From assembly GCF_001194135.2 (NCBI RefSeq), contig NC_069001.1:31164814-31200210 (forward strand): a stretch of DNA of 35,397 nucleotides, written 5' to 3'. This document shows, piece after piece, positions 34,454 through 35,397 of this stretch. The notes beneath the pieces are model-generated. The model was not told the DNA's origin and ran no database searches. It saw only the letters and a program-made list of their open reading frames with translations. Both the position numbers and the translations under genes were made by a program. This DNA is from Octopus bimaculoides (lineage: Eukaryota). Within the stretch, counting starts at the first letter, position 1. The number at the start of each line of letters is the position of its first letter.

Positions 34454-34630
34454 TTGTCCCCCTACCATCGCTTGACAACCGATGCTGGTGTGTTTATGTC
34501 CCCGTAACATAGCCGTTCGGCAAAAATAGACCGATAGAATAAGTATTCGGCTTACAAAGAATAAGTCCCGGGATCGATTTTCTCGACTAAAGGTGGTGCT
34601 CCAGCATGGCCGCAGTCAAATGACTGAAGC
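34269..34630 (+). mobile_element. SINE family A, best-preserved copy (missing about 20 nt of head)
   Basis: B-box-like GGTTCAGTCCC, body, internal (TA)(TG) microsatellite, 3' end CAGTCAAATGACTGAAGCAAGTAAAAGAGTAAAAGAG with a tandem GTAAAAGA tail. Confidence 0.95.
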
Positions 34631-35285
34631 AAGTAAAAGAGTAAAAGAGTCACATCCTAGTAACTACATTTTCAGAATTGTGTCACATTTGCTCAGAATC
34701 GGTACAAATTACTGAATCCTTCGAGAAGAATCCGTGAAGCACATATGCAATGATACTTCCATATCATTTAGGCTACTATTTTGATAGACTTTTTTTATGG
34801 GAGAAGAAACGTTCATACCACAGAATACCCTTGATTCCGTAGATTTCGTGTTCAAATTTTCCAGGGAAATTCAGCTTTTGCTATATCTTTATATAAATAT
34901 CGGGAACAAGATTTATCTCTCTTTTATGATTAGCTGAATTTATATATTCTAACTTTGATGTGTGTGTGTGTCCTGTGAAAAAAAGAAGACAAGGAAATTT
35001 CTTTAACACATCTTTAATTATAAGTTATAATTGTTTCCGTACAATCTCTATTTACAACGACAGTTTATGCGAAGGAAACAATTGTAGCTTATAATTAAAG
35101 ATGTGTTGAATTTTCTTTGTTTTCTTCTTCTTTTCATCGGATTATTTACTCTTTGCCTGACCAATTTTTCTTGAACCTTCGATTTTCTACACCTGAACAA
35201 TTCCGACTTTGGCCGTAAACTTCATACCCAACCTGACCTTATATACATGTACGTATACATGCACATACTCATTTATTATTTGTAT

Positions 35286-35397
<112 letters not shown>

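Noticed and set aside
34690-35230. Possible Merlin/IS1016-like or mariner transposase scraps on the minus strand (VGIVQV*KIE, GILWYER, DSVICTDS)
   Set aside because: Short motifs broken by stops that fit more than one family; not supportable without a profile search.

Overview
AT-rich, microsatellite-saturated animal genomic DNA from a gapped draft assembly (11 N-runs, about 4.6 kb in total, most flanked by dinucleotide repeats). The SINE repertoire looks like that of Octopus; this is my recognition from memory, not a database result. I can support no intact protein-coding gene. Almost all supplied ORFs are translations of (TA)n/(CA)n/(ATT)n tracts or N-runs. The window reads as intronic/intergenic DNA containing: about 20 tRNA-derived SINE copies in five families (my labels A-E); a decayed DD34D mariner transposase with a nested SINE; a 231-bp mariner mini-element; two oppositely oriented DD37D (maT-type) remnants sharing one internal deletion; a 576-bp TTAA-flanked element with 239-bp inverted repeats (Kolobok-like MITE); and CR1-like and RTE-like LINE fragments. 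The best second-look items are a complete minus-strand hammerhead ribozyme core of the minimal Penelope-associated dimer type (27108-27186), the long foldback element, a pre-miRNA-sized hairpin (29244-29298), and a CpG-rich candidate first exon on the minus strand whose splice donor lies inside a 12-bp hairpin.
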